NCBI GenBank assembly: GCA_030656575.1
Contig: JAUSPO010000039.1
Span: forward strand, 8,724 to 72,723
Direction of reading: 5' to 3'
Source: Bacillota bacterium
Lineage (GTDB): Bacteria > Bacillota > Dethiobacteria > DTU022 > UBA8154
DNA: 64,000 bases
Position numbers and translations under genes: made by a program. Under the pieces are notes generated by a model. It had not been told where the DNA came from, did not search any database, and saw only the letters and a list, made by a program, of their open reading frames with translations. Shown here one piece after another: positions 18,643-27,331 of this stretch; position 1 is the first letter of the stretch, and every line of letters begins with the position of its first letter.

Positions 18643-19421
18643 CATTTAAACGGGTCACTATTCTTTTTGCGATCAGCATTGTTCTTATCTATGGGGGACT
18701 TATTCTTTCTTTATACTCCTTTTTTTCCACAGAGCACTTGTTAAATATGATCCGTTCACCCAGAATCCTTTATTCTATTCGCCTCAGCATTGCTGCAGCG
18801 TCCATAACCGTGTTTTTTTCCATGATCCTGGCTGTCCCGGCTGCCTTTGCCCTTTCCCGTTATAACTTTGCGGGAAAGAGGATCGTTGATACTTTGCTTG
18901 AATTGCCTTTATTCGTCTCCCCTGCAGCCCTGGGAGCAATGATCCTTATTTTTTTCAATACTCCTGCGGGTGTTTGGGTTCAGGGTAATATTCAGCAGTT
19001 TGTTTTTACGGTTTACGGGATAGTTCTGGCGCAAATTATTGCTGTTTTGGGGATTTCAGTCCGGCTGGTAAAAGCGGTTTTTGATGAGATACCATTACGT
19101 TACGAAGCAGTGGCGAGGACGCTGGGTGCGTCTCCTTTCCGGGCATTTTCCACCGTTACACTTCCTAATGCCTACAAGGGTCTGTTTGCTGCCACGGTTC
19201 TCACATGGGCCAAAGCAGTGGGAGAGTTTGGCGCCACCGTTACCGTGGCAGGGACGATTGCCATGCGGACGGAAACTCTTCCCGTTTCCATTTACATGAG
19301 GCTGGCAAGCGCTGATATCGAAGGAGCTGTGGGATCCATTATAGTGCTTATCACTATAAGTCTTCTTGTTTTGTATTTTTCCAGGCTTTTGTTCTCAGGA
19401 GGCGGCTATGTTAGAAGTTAA
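18639..19421 (+). CDS. modB: Molybdate/tungstate ABC transporter permease (ModB/WtpB-like)
   Basis: Six TM helices, EAA-like loop (ARTLGASPFRAF). Overlaps modA stop (ATGA). Confidence 0.75.
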   Translation: MTFKRVTILFAISIVLIYGGLILSLYSFFSTEHLLNMIRSPRILYSIRLSIAAASITVFFSMILAVPAAFALSRYNFAGKRIVDTLLELPLFVSPAALGAMILIFFNTPAGVWVQGNIQQFVFTVYGIVLAQIIAVLGISVRLVKAVFDEIPLRYEAVARTLGASPFRAFSTVTLPNAYKGLFAATVLTWAKAVGEFGATVTVAGTIAMRTETLPVSIYMRLASADIEGAVGSIIVLITISLLVLYFSRLLFSGGGYVRS

Positions 19422-20493
19422 AAACCTTACTATTCGAGCTGGGGATTTTCAGGTAAGAGATATTAGTTTTTCCGTTCAAACAGGGAGCTGCCATGTTTTT
19501 TTAGGTCCCACGGGAAGCGGAAAAACTCTAATCCTGGAAACCGTTGCGGGTCTGCGCCTTCCGGAGAGTGGCACGATTTACCTGTCCGGAGAGGAAATTA
19601 CCAGCACCTTACCTGAAAAACGTAAAATAGCTTACCTGCCGCAGGACCTGGCCCTTTTTCCCAACATGACGGTAAAGGATAATATTTCCTACAGCATGCG
19701 AATAAACGGCCTTGACAAAAAAGAGAGCTACAAAAGAATTAAATCTTTGGCCCAAACGCTGGAAATTGAAGGTATCCTGGACAGGAGTATACACTATTTG
19801 AGCGGCGGCGAAAAACAGAGAGCAGCTCTGGCAAGGGCTTTGGCATCCGGCAGCAAAATGATGCTCTTGGATGAACCTCTTTCCTCTTTGAATACCAGAT
19901 TACGAAGGGATATTTGGTATTTATTAAAAAAGATTCAGTCAGAGCACGGGTTGACTTACTTAGTAGTCACTCATGATTTGGACGAAGCGTCTTTTTTAGG
20001 CGATACGATCAGCATTATTTTCGAGGGGGACCAGCTCCAGACGGGCGGCAAAAACTCGGTCTTTAACCATCCCACTTCCATTGAAGCCGCAGGGATCGTG
20101 GGAGTGGAAAATTATTTTAAAGGTGTAGTGGAAAAGATAGAGGAGAACTTTATAGTAATCTATTCTGAGGAAATAGGTACCGCATTTAAAGTAGAAAAAG
20201 ATAACTCGGCTTTTCCATTAAAAGAAGGTGCTCACATTACCATGGGGATTAGAGCAAACAATCTGTTCTTGGCAGAGCCGGATAATAAATCTATGGATAC
20301 AAATGCTGCTGAATTCGTTGTTGAAGCGGTATATGAAAAAGGTTCAACATACACTGTGCTGTTAAAGCATTTATACTGTAAGGATAGTAAAGCCCTGGCG
20401 GAAGTATTTAAGCATAACAATAAATTATCATTTAACATAGGGCAAACTGTGAAAGTCTTATTCCCGGGCGAATATATCATGATTTTGAGCTGA
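19408..20493 (+). CDS. modC: Molybdate/tungstate ABC transporter ATP-binding protein with C-terminal TOBE domain (ModC/WtpC-like)
   Basis: Walker A GPTGSGKT, LSGGEKQR signature, Walker B LLDEP, C-terminal TOBE-like domain. Start moved to MLEVKNL with GGAGG upstream. Confidence 0.75.
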   Translation: MLEVKNLTIRAGDFQVRDISFSVQTGSCHVFLGPTGSGKTLILETVAGLRLPESGTIYLSGEEITSTLPEKRKIAYLPQDLALFPNMTVKDNISYSMRINGLDKKESYKRIKSLAQTLEIEGILDRSIHYLSGGEKQRAALARALASGSKMMLLDEPLSSLNTRLRRDIWYLLKKIQSEHGLTYLVVTHDLDEASFLGDTISIIFEGDQLQTGGKNSVFNHPTSIEAAGIVGVENYFKGVVEKIEENFIVIYSEEIGTAFKVEKDNSAFPLKEGAHITMGIRANNLFLAEPDNKSMDTNAAEFVVEAVYEKGSTYTVLLKHLYCKDSKALAEVFKHNNKLSFNIGQTVKVLFPGEYIMILS

Positions 20494-20570
20494 ATAACGG
20501 TGCCTGGCACTTAACTTATTAACTTATTGTCACCATTGCGGATTCCTGACCCACTCTATAAAAGTTTTCG

Positions 20571-20600
20571 TTGACACCTTTTCTTTTTATTGTTTATAAT
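20571..20600 (+). promoter_or_regulatory. Consensus sigma-A promoter TTGACA-N18-TATAAT for the tupABC operon
   Basis: Exact -35 and -10 hexamers. About 185-nt structured leader follows before tupA. Confidence 0.55.
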
Positions 20601-20784
20601 AGCTATAAGGTAGATTAATTTACTATAAAATATGTTCTCGTTCAAGTAAGGGTTGTTTTTTTGAAAAGGCCGCTGTCGAAGTTTGGCAGAGGGTGATTTT
20701 TTTTGCCCCCAATATGCACGGCTGTGCATATTGGGAAAAGATAATTGAATTTGAAGCACCAAATACGAAAAGGGGTTGTTAAAA

Positions 20785-21630
20785 ATGCGTGTATTCTTTA
20801 AATTATTATGCCTTACGCTTGCGATTATACTTATAGGCGGCTGCAGTAATGCACCTGTAGACAAAGGGGAAGTGGATAAGGTAGATGAATTTATTATTCT
20901 CGCCACCACAACCAGCACATACGATTCGGGGCTTCTGGACGTACTGCTTCCCGTTTTCAGCCAAAAATACGGTACTAAAGTCCGGGTGATTTCCCAGGGG
21001 ACGGGCCAGGCCCTGGAAACCGGCAAGAGGGGAGACGCAGATCTGCTTCTCGTCCACGACCGTGCTTCAGAACTGCAGCTGGTTGAGGAGGGGCACTTTA
21101 CGGACCGGCAGGATGTAATGTTCAATGACTTTATTGTTGTGGGCCCGTCCGCAGACCCGGCAGGGCTGAAAGGAATTGAGAAGGTGACGGATGCTTTTAC
21201 TGCCATTGCTTTCGGGGGTCATACGTTTGTTTCCCGTGGAGACGATTCAGGAACAAACCGGAAGGAGCTTTCTCTCTGGGAAAAAGCGGGTATTGGCGAT
21301 TTTAAAGATTGGTACCTTTCGGTAGGACAGGGTATGGGCGACACCCTGCGCATGGCAGGAGAGAAACAGGCTTACACCCTGACAGACCGGGCTACCTATC
21401 TTTCTTTAAAGAATTCCCTGGATCTGGAGATTGTGCTGGAAGGTGACTCCCTTCTCTTTAATCAGTACGGAATTATGGCCGTGAATCCTGCAAATCATTC
21501 TCATGTTAAGTATGAGAGTGCTGTGAAGTTCATTGACTTCTTGATGTCTTCGGAGGGACAGGAGTTGATCGCTTTTTTCCAAATCGGGGGGGAAGGTCTT
21601 TTCTTCCCGGGTAAAGGCGTGGATGATTGA
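20785..21630 (+). CDS. tupA: Tungstate ABC transporter substrate-binding lipoprotein TupA
   Basis: Lipobox LIGGC. TupA-family motifs (TTTSTYDSGLLD, RGDDSGT, AYTLTDRATYL). Confidence 0.8.
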   Translation: MRVFFKLLCLTLAIILIGGCSNAPVDKGEVDKVDEFIILATTTSTYDSGLLDVLLPVFSQKYGTKVRVISQGTGQALETGKRGDADLLLVHDRASELQLVEEGHFTDRQDVMFNDFIVVGPSADPAGLKGIEKVTDAFTAIAFGGHTFVSRGDDSGTNRKELSLWEKAGIGDFKDWYLSVGQGMGDTLRMAGEKQAYTLTDRATYLSLKNSLDLEIVLEGDSLLFNQYGIMAVNPANHSHVKYESAVKFIDFLMSSEGQELIAFFQIGGEGLFFPGKGVDD

Positions 21631-21692
21631 GTATAACATACCAGACGACATTAACGAGCTAAAAAGCTGATGAAAGTATGAGGATTGATTAA

Positions 21693-22391
21693 ATGTCCCT
21701 TTTAAAAGGAATCGCCGAAGCCTTTTCATTAATATTAACTCTTGATCCTTACCTGACACAGATTGTGCTGCTTTCCCTGCAGGTTTCAGGTTTGGCTGTG
21801 TTCTTTGCCGCCTTGGCAGGAGTTCCCCTGGGGACTTACCTGGGCCTTAAGCCCCAGGAGCGGACCCGTTTTGCCGGCAAGCTGCTCTATACACTAATGG
21901 GGATGCCGCCCGTGGTGGCCGGACTTCTCTTTTATCTCCTTTTTTCCCGCATGGGTCCTTTTGGTGTTTTGGGTCTTCTTTACACTCCCACAGCCATGAT
22001 CCTGGCCCAGTTTGTCCTGGCCGTTCCCATTATTGCTGCATTAACCATGATCGGTATCCGCAGCAGGGGAAAAGATGTGCAGGAAACTGCCCGCACCCTG
22101 GGCGCAGGAAGGCTTCTAACCGCCTGGACAGTGGTTCGTGAATCCCGCTTTGCCATCTCTGGAGCTATCGTTACCGGACTGGGGAGAGTAATTGCCGAGG
22201 TGGGTGCCGTAATGATCGTTGGAGGAAACATCGAGGGGCATACCCGGGTCATGACCACGGCTATTGTCCTGGAAACCGGCAAGGGAAATTTTGAGCTGGC
22301 TGTGGGGCTGGGGCTGGTCCTTTTAATCATTTCCTTTGTTATTAACTCCCTTCTCTATAGTTTCCAGGGAGGAGGTAAGGAAATTGCCTGA
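21693..22391 (+). CDS. tupB: Tungstate ABC transporter permease TupB
   Basis: Five to six TM helices, ABC permease fold, operon position. Confidence 0.75.
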   Translation: MSLLKGIAEAFSLILTLDPYLTQIVLLSLQVSGLAVFFAALAGVPLGTYLGLKPQERTRFAGKLLYTLMGMPPVVAGLLFYLLFSRMGPFGVLGLLYTPTAMILAQFVLAVPIIAALTMIGIRSRGKDVQETARTLGAGRLLTAWTVVRESRFAISGAIVTGLGRVIAEVGAVMIVGGNIEGHTRVMTTAIVLETGKGNFELAVGLGLVLLIISFVINSLLYSFQGGGKEIA

Positions 22392-23124
22392 TAAGGATAT
22401 TATTCTTGAAGTAAAAAATCTCTCCAAGGTTTTTGATAAAGAGGTTCTTAATATTAAGAAACTGTCTTTTCGCAGGGGTAAAGTGTATGGAATTATTGGG
22501 CCCAGCGGTTCCGGGAAGAGCACTTTTTTGCGCCTTGTTAATCTGTTGGAGCTGCCCACAAAGGGTAAGATTTACTTTAAGGGTGAGGATATCTCAATGA
22601 ACGGCCGGACAGATATCCCGGCACGGCGGGAGATGACCTTGGTGTTCCAGAAACCTCTTCTTTTCAGGACCAGCGTGGAAGAAAACATTGCTTATGGCCT
22701 TAAGGCCCGCCGCTTCACAAAAGAAGAGATCAAGGCACGGGTTGAAACCCTCCTGGAAAAAGTGGGCCTCAGGGATTTTGCCGGCAGGCACGCCGGAACC
22801 CTCTCCGGGGGCGAGGCCCAGCGAGTGGCCCTGGCCAGGGCGGTGGCCTTCGAGCCAGCCCTTCTGCTCATGGACGAGCCTACGGCTAATCTGGATCCTT
22901 CAAACGTGGAACTTATTGAGCGGCTGATCATGGATCTAAACCGAAATACAGATATGACTATTGTTATGGTCACGCACAACATCTTCCAGGCCAGGCGGGT
23001 TGCCCAGGATGTTATTTTTCTGCATGAAGGGCGTATTGTGGAGATGGGGGCCACGGAAAAAATGTTTACATCCCCCCAAGATCCCCGTACCAGGGCCTTT
23101 GTGGATGGACGGATGATCTTCTAA
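22384..23124 (+). CDS. tupC: Tungstate ABC transporter ATP-binding protein TupC
   Basis: Walker A GPSGSGKST, LSGGEAQR, LLMDEP. TTG start overlapping tupB stop, with GGGAGGAGG 8 nt upstream. Confidence 0.75.
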   Translation: MPDKDIILEVKNLSKVFDKEVLNIKKLSFRRGKVYGIIGPSGSGKSTFLRLVNLLELPTKGKIYFKGEDISMNGRTDIPARREMTLVFQKPLLFRTSVEENIAYGLKARRFTKEEIKARVETLLEKVGLRDFAGRHAGTLSGGEAQRVALARAVAFEPALLLMDEPTANLDPSNVELIERLIMDLNRNTDMTIVMVTHNIFQARRVAQDVIFLHEGRIVEMGATEKMFTSPQDPRTRAFVDGRMIF

Positions 23125-23264
23125 GGATGCGCTTTTGTAACTCATGCCGGTTAGAAATGTAAAATTGCTTTCCAACATTATTTAGGATAGCCCCGTGGAG
23201 AATAACTCTTCATGGGGTTATTTTTGCGCATTTCGATTTGCTGAGTAATAAATTATTAGGTAAA

Positions 23265-23807
23265 CTAATGTATACCATATCCTCCAGTAATCGAATCTTC
23301 AAAAAGTGGCAGATTAGGTGGTAGGAACGTAAAGAACAAGAAGGATAGAAAGATAAGTACCAAAAAAACTACAGCGGTTATATGTAAAGATTTTGGTAAA
23401 CGCGGTAATATTAATAATTTGTAACTGGCAAGCTGTGCAGCTGCAACGGCTATTGCAAAGATCAATATGTCAAGAAACAAGAGGTGGCGGCCTAGAACTG
23501 CGGTGTATGAGTAAAAGAGAACAATAATTATAATCGGTGCCAGGTAAAGGGCAGCAGTTTTTGCGACAATAAAATTCCTTGTTATTTTCTTTAAATATTT
23601 ATATTCCACAGTATAATGCAAAACCCCCGGCCAAAATGCCAGTTTCAAATGCTCCCAAACGCTTTCATTTACTGCTGCTATTAGGGCAATGGGCTTCCAC
23701 TGCCCTAACCAGTCGAAAACGAAATGCAAAAGGGAACCTGCAGTGAAGATAAAGATAACCCCCGCTATTTCCCAGGTTAAAACGGTATTTTTTTTTATGG
23801 TTTGCAC
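23265..23807 (-). CDS. Hypothetical integral membrane protein (5 TM)
   Basis: 180 aa, hydrophobic helices, no recognisable catalytic motif. Confidence 0.45.
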   Translation of the reverse strand: MQTIKKNTVLTWEIAGVIFIFTAGSLLHFVFDWLGQWKPIALIAAVNESVWEHLKLAFWPGVLHYTVEYKYLKKITRNFIVAKTAALYLAPIIIIVLFYSYTAVLGRHLLFLDILIFAIAVAAAQLASYKLLILPRLPKSLHITAVVFLVLIFLSFLFFTFLPPNLPLFEDSITGGYGIH

Positions 23808-23967
23808 CTACCTTTTCCACTATAAGTCTTGAATAATATTCAGGAAGGCCTAATCACATCATCATAAGATATGGAAGCATCAAAGCCACGAGTCTCCTAT
23901 ATAAGTATGTTTATGATGATTGCATTAGTTGTTGAAAAGTAAAATAATCGACTTGATGTTTACACAC

Positions 23968-24134
23968 GAGACATGGGGACGGTTCGAAAGCGCCGGGATA
24001 AACCGGCATACATGGGGACGGTTCGAGCGTCCCCGTAGCGCAGCGAAGGGCCGAAGGGAAGACGATGGAACCGTCCCCATGTCTCCGGTCCCCATGTCTC
24101 ACTTATGCCTACCTGAGTAGTAACTATTATTCTA
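23968..24134. repeat. Nested palindromic element X2: second copy of X1 with duplicated CATGGGGACGGTTCGA arm and hairpin core inverted relative to X1
   Basis: Right flank GAACCGTCCCCATG...TCACTTATGCCTACCTGAGTAGTAACTATTATTCT is colinear with the X1 right end. The ~43-nt core is the reverse complement of the X1 core (about 4 mismatches). Confidence 0.6.
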
Positions 24135-24403
24135 CATAAACTGCAGCGGTTATATGTAAGGGTTCCTGCTTTGTTTGGCGTTCTATCTTGAAAGGGAAAG
24201 AAGGAAAAAGAATATTGTAGACTTTTGCAGGAATGAAGAAGTTTATGGAGAATCTAACAAATATTTCTGACAGTGAAGGCATTTATATAAATTTTGGAGA
24301 AGCGTGATGCGTATTCCCGATATATATAACCTTTGAGTTATTTTATTAAAAAATGTATTGCATTTATAACCTTTGGGTAATATAATGATAGTGAGGGTAG
24401 TTA

Positions 24404-24577
24404 ATGCCAATAATAGGAAAAATATATTACCCTTTTATTTGTTTTAAAGGAGAAAAGTATGCTATTTTGCTTCATGGTTTCGAAGAGAAAGATAACAAAA
24501 AGCAGAGCAAATATAGTTATGATAAAGCTATTACAGTTGCGCAAAAGCGTTTTGAGGAGGTAGTTAAGGATGATTGA
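24404..24577 (+). pseudogene. HigB/Gp49-like (RelE/ParE superfamily) toxin, C-terminal ~55 aa remnant only
   Basis: Translation ...IYYPFICFKGEKYAILLHGFEEKDNKKQSKYSYDKAITVAQKRFEEV matches the C-terminal half of Gp49-like HigB toxins (conserved LLHGF.KK core). The N-terminal half is absent. Overlaps the downstream antitoxin start by 8 nt. Confidence 0.5.
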
Positions 24578-24941
24578 TTTAAATCATTTGCCTGACGCCT
24601 GGAGAATTATTTATAAGTTGGATGGGGAAGAAGGCAACGAAAAAGATGGGTTATATGAAATCTATTATCAGATTTCTACTGCTATTTTTAAGTATAGACT
24701 TAAACATAATCTTTCCCAAAAAAAACTTGCAGAAAAGCTTGGTGTTACTCAAGCAATGGTTTCAAAACTTGAGAGTGGTGATTATAATTATACAATTGGG
24801 CAGCTTTGGAAAGTATCGCAAAAACTTGGATTTAAACTTAATATAGAACTCGAAGAAGAAACTGAAGATATTACAGAAGATTATATTCAAAAAGATAACC
24901 AGATAGATGTGATTCATTCGATAATGGTGGAGGGCTCATGA
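24570..24941 (+). CDS. XRE-family HTH antitoxin (HigA-like) with acidic C-terminal tail
   Basis: HTH LSQKKLAEKLGVTQAMVSKLESGD. Acidic C-terminal extension (ELEEETEDITEDY...). 4-nt overlap (ATGA) with the downstream chaperone gene. Confidence 0.65.
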   Translation: MIDLNHLPDAWRIIYKLDGEEGNEKDGLYEIYYQISTAIFKYRLKHNLSQKKLAEKLGVTQAMVSKLESGDYNYTIGQLWKVSQKLGFKLNIELEEETEDITEDYIQKDNQIDVIHSIMVEGS

Positions 24942-25378
24942 AAGCAGAGGAGATTCTTGCTGAATTCCAATTTCTTGGAAATAGAGTAAGCAGCTTAAAT
25001 TTTGATGCCAGAGTAATCGAGGCAAAAGCACAGCGCGCTGAGCTTTCATTTGAATTTGACTACAATGTGAAAGCGGTAGAAGAGCACGAGAATAAGTTAA
25101 TTGGAATAATTGAGTTTATTGTTAAGGCCAAAGCAACTAGCAAAAAGAAAATATTTTTCGAAATTGACTTGGTCATGGAAGGTGCTTTTGCTTATGATGC
25201 AAAGACTGATACTGAAGGTAAGTTTCAAGACATGTTAGAAATAAATGGCATAGTAACGTTATCGCAGATATCCAGAGCATATATCTTGAGTGTAACGTCT
25301 CAATCCGGCATTCCGCCTGTAAAAATGCCAATGATTAATGTTATAAAATTAAGAGAGAGGAAGAAAAAAGAGGACTAA
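24938..25378 (+). CDS. SecB-like chaperone
   Basis: 146 aa. Colinear with E. coli SecB: FQIQRIYTKDISFE ~ FQFLGNRVSSLNFD; GTFPQLNLAPVNF ~ GIPPVKMPMINVI. Same operon as the HTH antitoxin, typical of TAC systems. Confidence 0.6.
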   Translation: MKAEEILAEFQFLGNRVSSLNFDARVIEAKAQRAELSFEFDYNVKAVEEHENKLIGIIEFIVKAKATSKKKIFFEIDLVMEGAFAYDAKTDTEGKFQDMLEINGIVTLSQISRAYILSVTSQSGIPPVKMPMINVIKLRERKKKED

Positions 25379-25632
25379 TTACATGGGAGTGTAACTCCCA
25401 TGTATAAAATCATATTTTAAAATATCAGGTTCCACGGGGAGTCACAAGCATCTGTTTCATTATAGGATAACAAGCCGACGAAGAGCCGATACGGCTTTTT
25501 TTGCTATACGACAGAGTTGTCATCATTTGCGACAACCAGTATATTCCCCTGATTATGCTGATATGGCCTCTGGGTCTATAAGTTTAAATGTAGGATTAGA
25601 AAGAAAATGCCGGAGAACAAGGAGCATTACCA

Positions 25633-27015
25633 TTGAGCTCAAAGCAGCGCACTACTACCTTATCTTTATCCCCGGCAAGGCAGACCCTTTTCGCCCTGGG
25701 AAGCGGGGCTTTTACCCTGCTGGAACGGCTGGTAATAATATACGTGCCTTTTTACTTCCTTCCCCCTGCTGAGTACCGGGTGCACAACCTGGTGCCCGAC
25801 CGGACTTTTTTGGGGTTTGTTACGGTAATGGGAGCAGCCCTGGTAGCCGGGCGGGTTTTTGACGGTATTGCCGACCCGGTTATCGCTGCCATGAGCGATA
25901 ATAACCGCTCCAGGGTCGGGCGCCGCAAGCTTTTTTTGCTGCTAAGTGCTCTGCCTCTGGCTATCTTTACCATACTGGTTTTTTCCCCACCCCATTTGGG
26001 TCAGGAAAGCCTGCTTAACGGGGTCTGGCTGGGTGTGATGATCTGCCTTTTCTACATCGCTTTTACCGCCTACGTTAATCCCTATCTGGTTCTTATCTCG
26101 GAACTGGGCCATTCCGATGCCATGCGTATAAACCTGTCGACCAGGATTGCTTTCTTTGGACTCTTGGGTATGGTAGCCGTAACCGTATTATTTCCGGAAA
26201 TAGTCAGCCGCCTCCAGGAGGCGGGGATGGAAATAAGGGCCTCTTACAGGGCGGCAGTGATGGGCTTCGCCGCTATCTCCGCGATTCTACTGTATTCCGC
26301 CACTTTCAGCTTTGACGAAAGGCTTCACTGCACACCGCATCAACCCATGCGTATTGGAATGTGGTATTCCCTAAAAAAAACCTTTGCTTTCAGGTCTTTT
26401 CGAATCTTTATTGCCGGGGAAATGTTCCTGCAGTTCGCTATGAACATCTTCACCATGGGGATGATGTATTATGCCGTGGTTATCTTCCTGCGGGGCCAGA
26501 GCTTCATGACGGTAATAGCCGGGATCATGATCGGTTCGGCCCTGCTTACATTTCCCGCCGTAAACTTAGCGGCAAAGAGGTGGGGTAAAAAAAGGGTGAT
26601 CCTTATGGGGATGGTTATCTTAACCATTTGCAGTCTCTCCCTTTTCCTGCTCAGCTTTAAGATGACCGGGCCTTATTTCTACCTGGGGTTAATCGTTCTG
26701 GCCCTGGCAGGTTTGCCCCTGGCAGTGCTGACCATCCTCATCAACCCAACCATCGCGGAGATGGCCCGGGCCGAGGCCACGCGCACCGGAGAAGCCCGGG
26801 AGGCCATGTTTTTCGGGGCACGGGCCGTTCCTTTGAAGGCCACCATCGCCCTGGCCGGGGCTTTTTTCATCTTCCTCATTTCCTCCTTTGGCAAAGATGC
26901 AGCTGAACCCCTGGGGGTCCAGCTTAGCTTCCTCACGGTATCCATAGCCGGCCTGGGCGCCCTTCTATGTTTCCTCCGCTACCCCGAAGAAGAAGTACAG
27001 AAACACCTCCATTGA
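25633..27015 (+). CDS. MFS transporter, glycoside-pentoside-hexuronide (GPH/MFS_2) family
   Basis: 460 aa, 12 TM. D-x-x-x-D-P-x-I motif in helix 1-2 (GRVFDGIADPVIAAMSD), which is GPH-like. TTG start. Confidence 0.65.
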   Translation: MSSKQRTTTLSLSPARQTLFALGSGAFTLLERLVIIYVPFYFLPPAEYRVHNLVPDRTFLGFVTVMGAALVAGRVFDGIADPVIAAMSDNNRSRVGRRKLFLLLSALPLAIFTILVFSPPHLGQESLLNGVWLGVMICLFYIAFTAYVNPYLVLISELGHSDAMRINLSTRIAFFGLLGMVAVTVLFPEIVSRLQEAGMEIRASYRAAVMGFAAISAILLYSATFSFDERLHCTPHQPMRIGMWYSLKKTFAFRSFRIFIAGEMFLQFAMNIFTMGMMYYAVVIFLRGQSFMTVIAGIMIGSALLTFPAVNLAAKRWGKKRVILMGMVILTICSLSLFLLSFKMTGPYFYLGLIVLALAGLPLAVLTILINPTIAEMARAEATRTGEAREAMFFGARAVPLKATIALAGAFFIFLISSFGKDAAEPLGVQLSFLTVSIAGLGALLCFLRYPEEEVQKHLH

Positions 27016-27129
27016 AACGAAACCGCTACAACGAGGCAGGCGAATTTTAAATCTGAAAAAATACCCTTTCAGAAATAAATGCTTGTAAGATCTTTTTAAA
27101 TAGTGTATAATACCATAAAATTGAATAAT

Positions 27130-27255
27130 CAATACTAGGGGTGCTTCCGAGTGGAGGCTGAGAGGGGAACGCCATGAAGTTCCCAAACCCTTGAACCTGT
27201 TGTGCGGGCTGAATTATGGCTCGTCTGGATAATGCCAGCGAAGGAAAGGTAATTT
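27130..27255 (+). promoter_or_regulatory. TPP (thiamine pyrophosphate) riboswitch
   Basis: Conserved THI-box elements in order: CTAGGGGTGC...GCTGAGAGG...AACCCTTGAACCTG...CTGGATAATGCCAGCGAAGGAAAG. Followed by a terminator-like hairpin. Upstream of the thiamine salvage operon. Confidence 0.85.
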
Positions 27256-27275
27256 GAAGTGATGAACTTTAATTG

Positions 27276-27300
27276 CGGGCCCGCGTTGGGTCCGTTTTTT
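27276..27300 (+). terminator. Riboswitch expression-platform terminator (GCGGGCCCGCGTTGGGTCCG + T6)
   Basis: GC-rich hairpin followed by TTTTTT, just upstream of the first operon gene. Confidence 0.55.
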
Positions 27301-27331
27301 AATTTACAGGGAGAGGTGATGAACTTTTAAC

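Noticed and set aside
20640-20775. Molybdenum-cofactor (Moco) riboswitch in the tupA leader
   Set aside because: The long leader has a strong hairpin (CCCAATATGCACGGCTGTGCATATTGGG) and a preceding T-run. I could not match the conserved Moco-motif elements from memory. A covariance-model scan (Rfam RF01055) is needed, so it is not reported as a feature.
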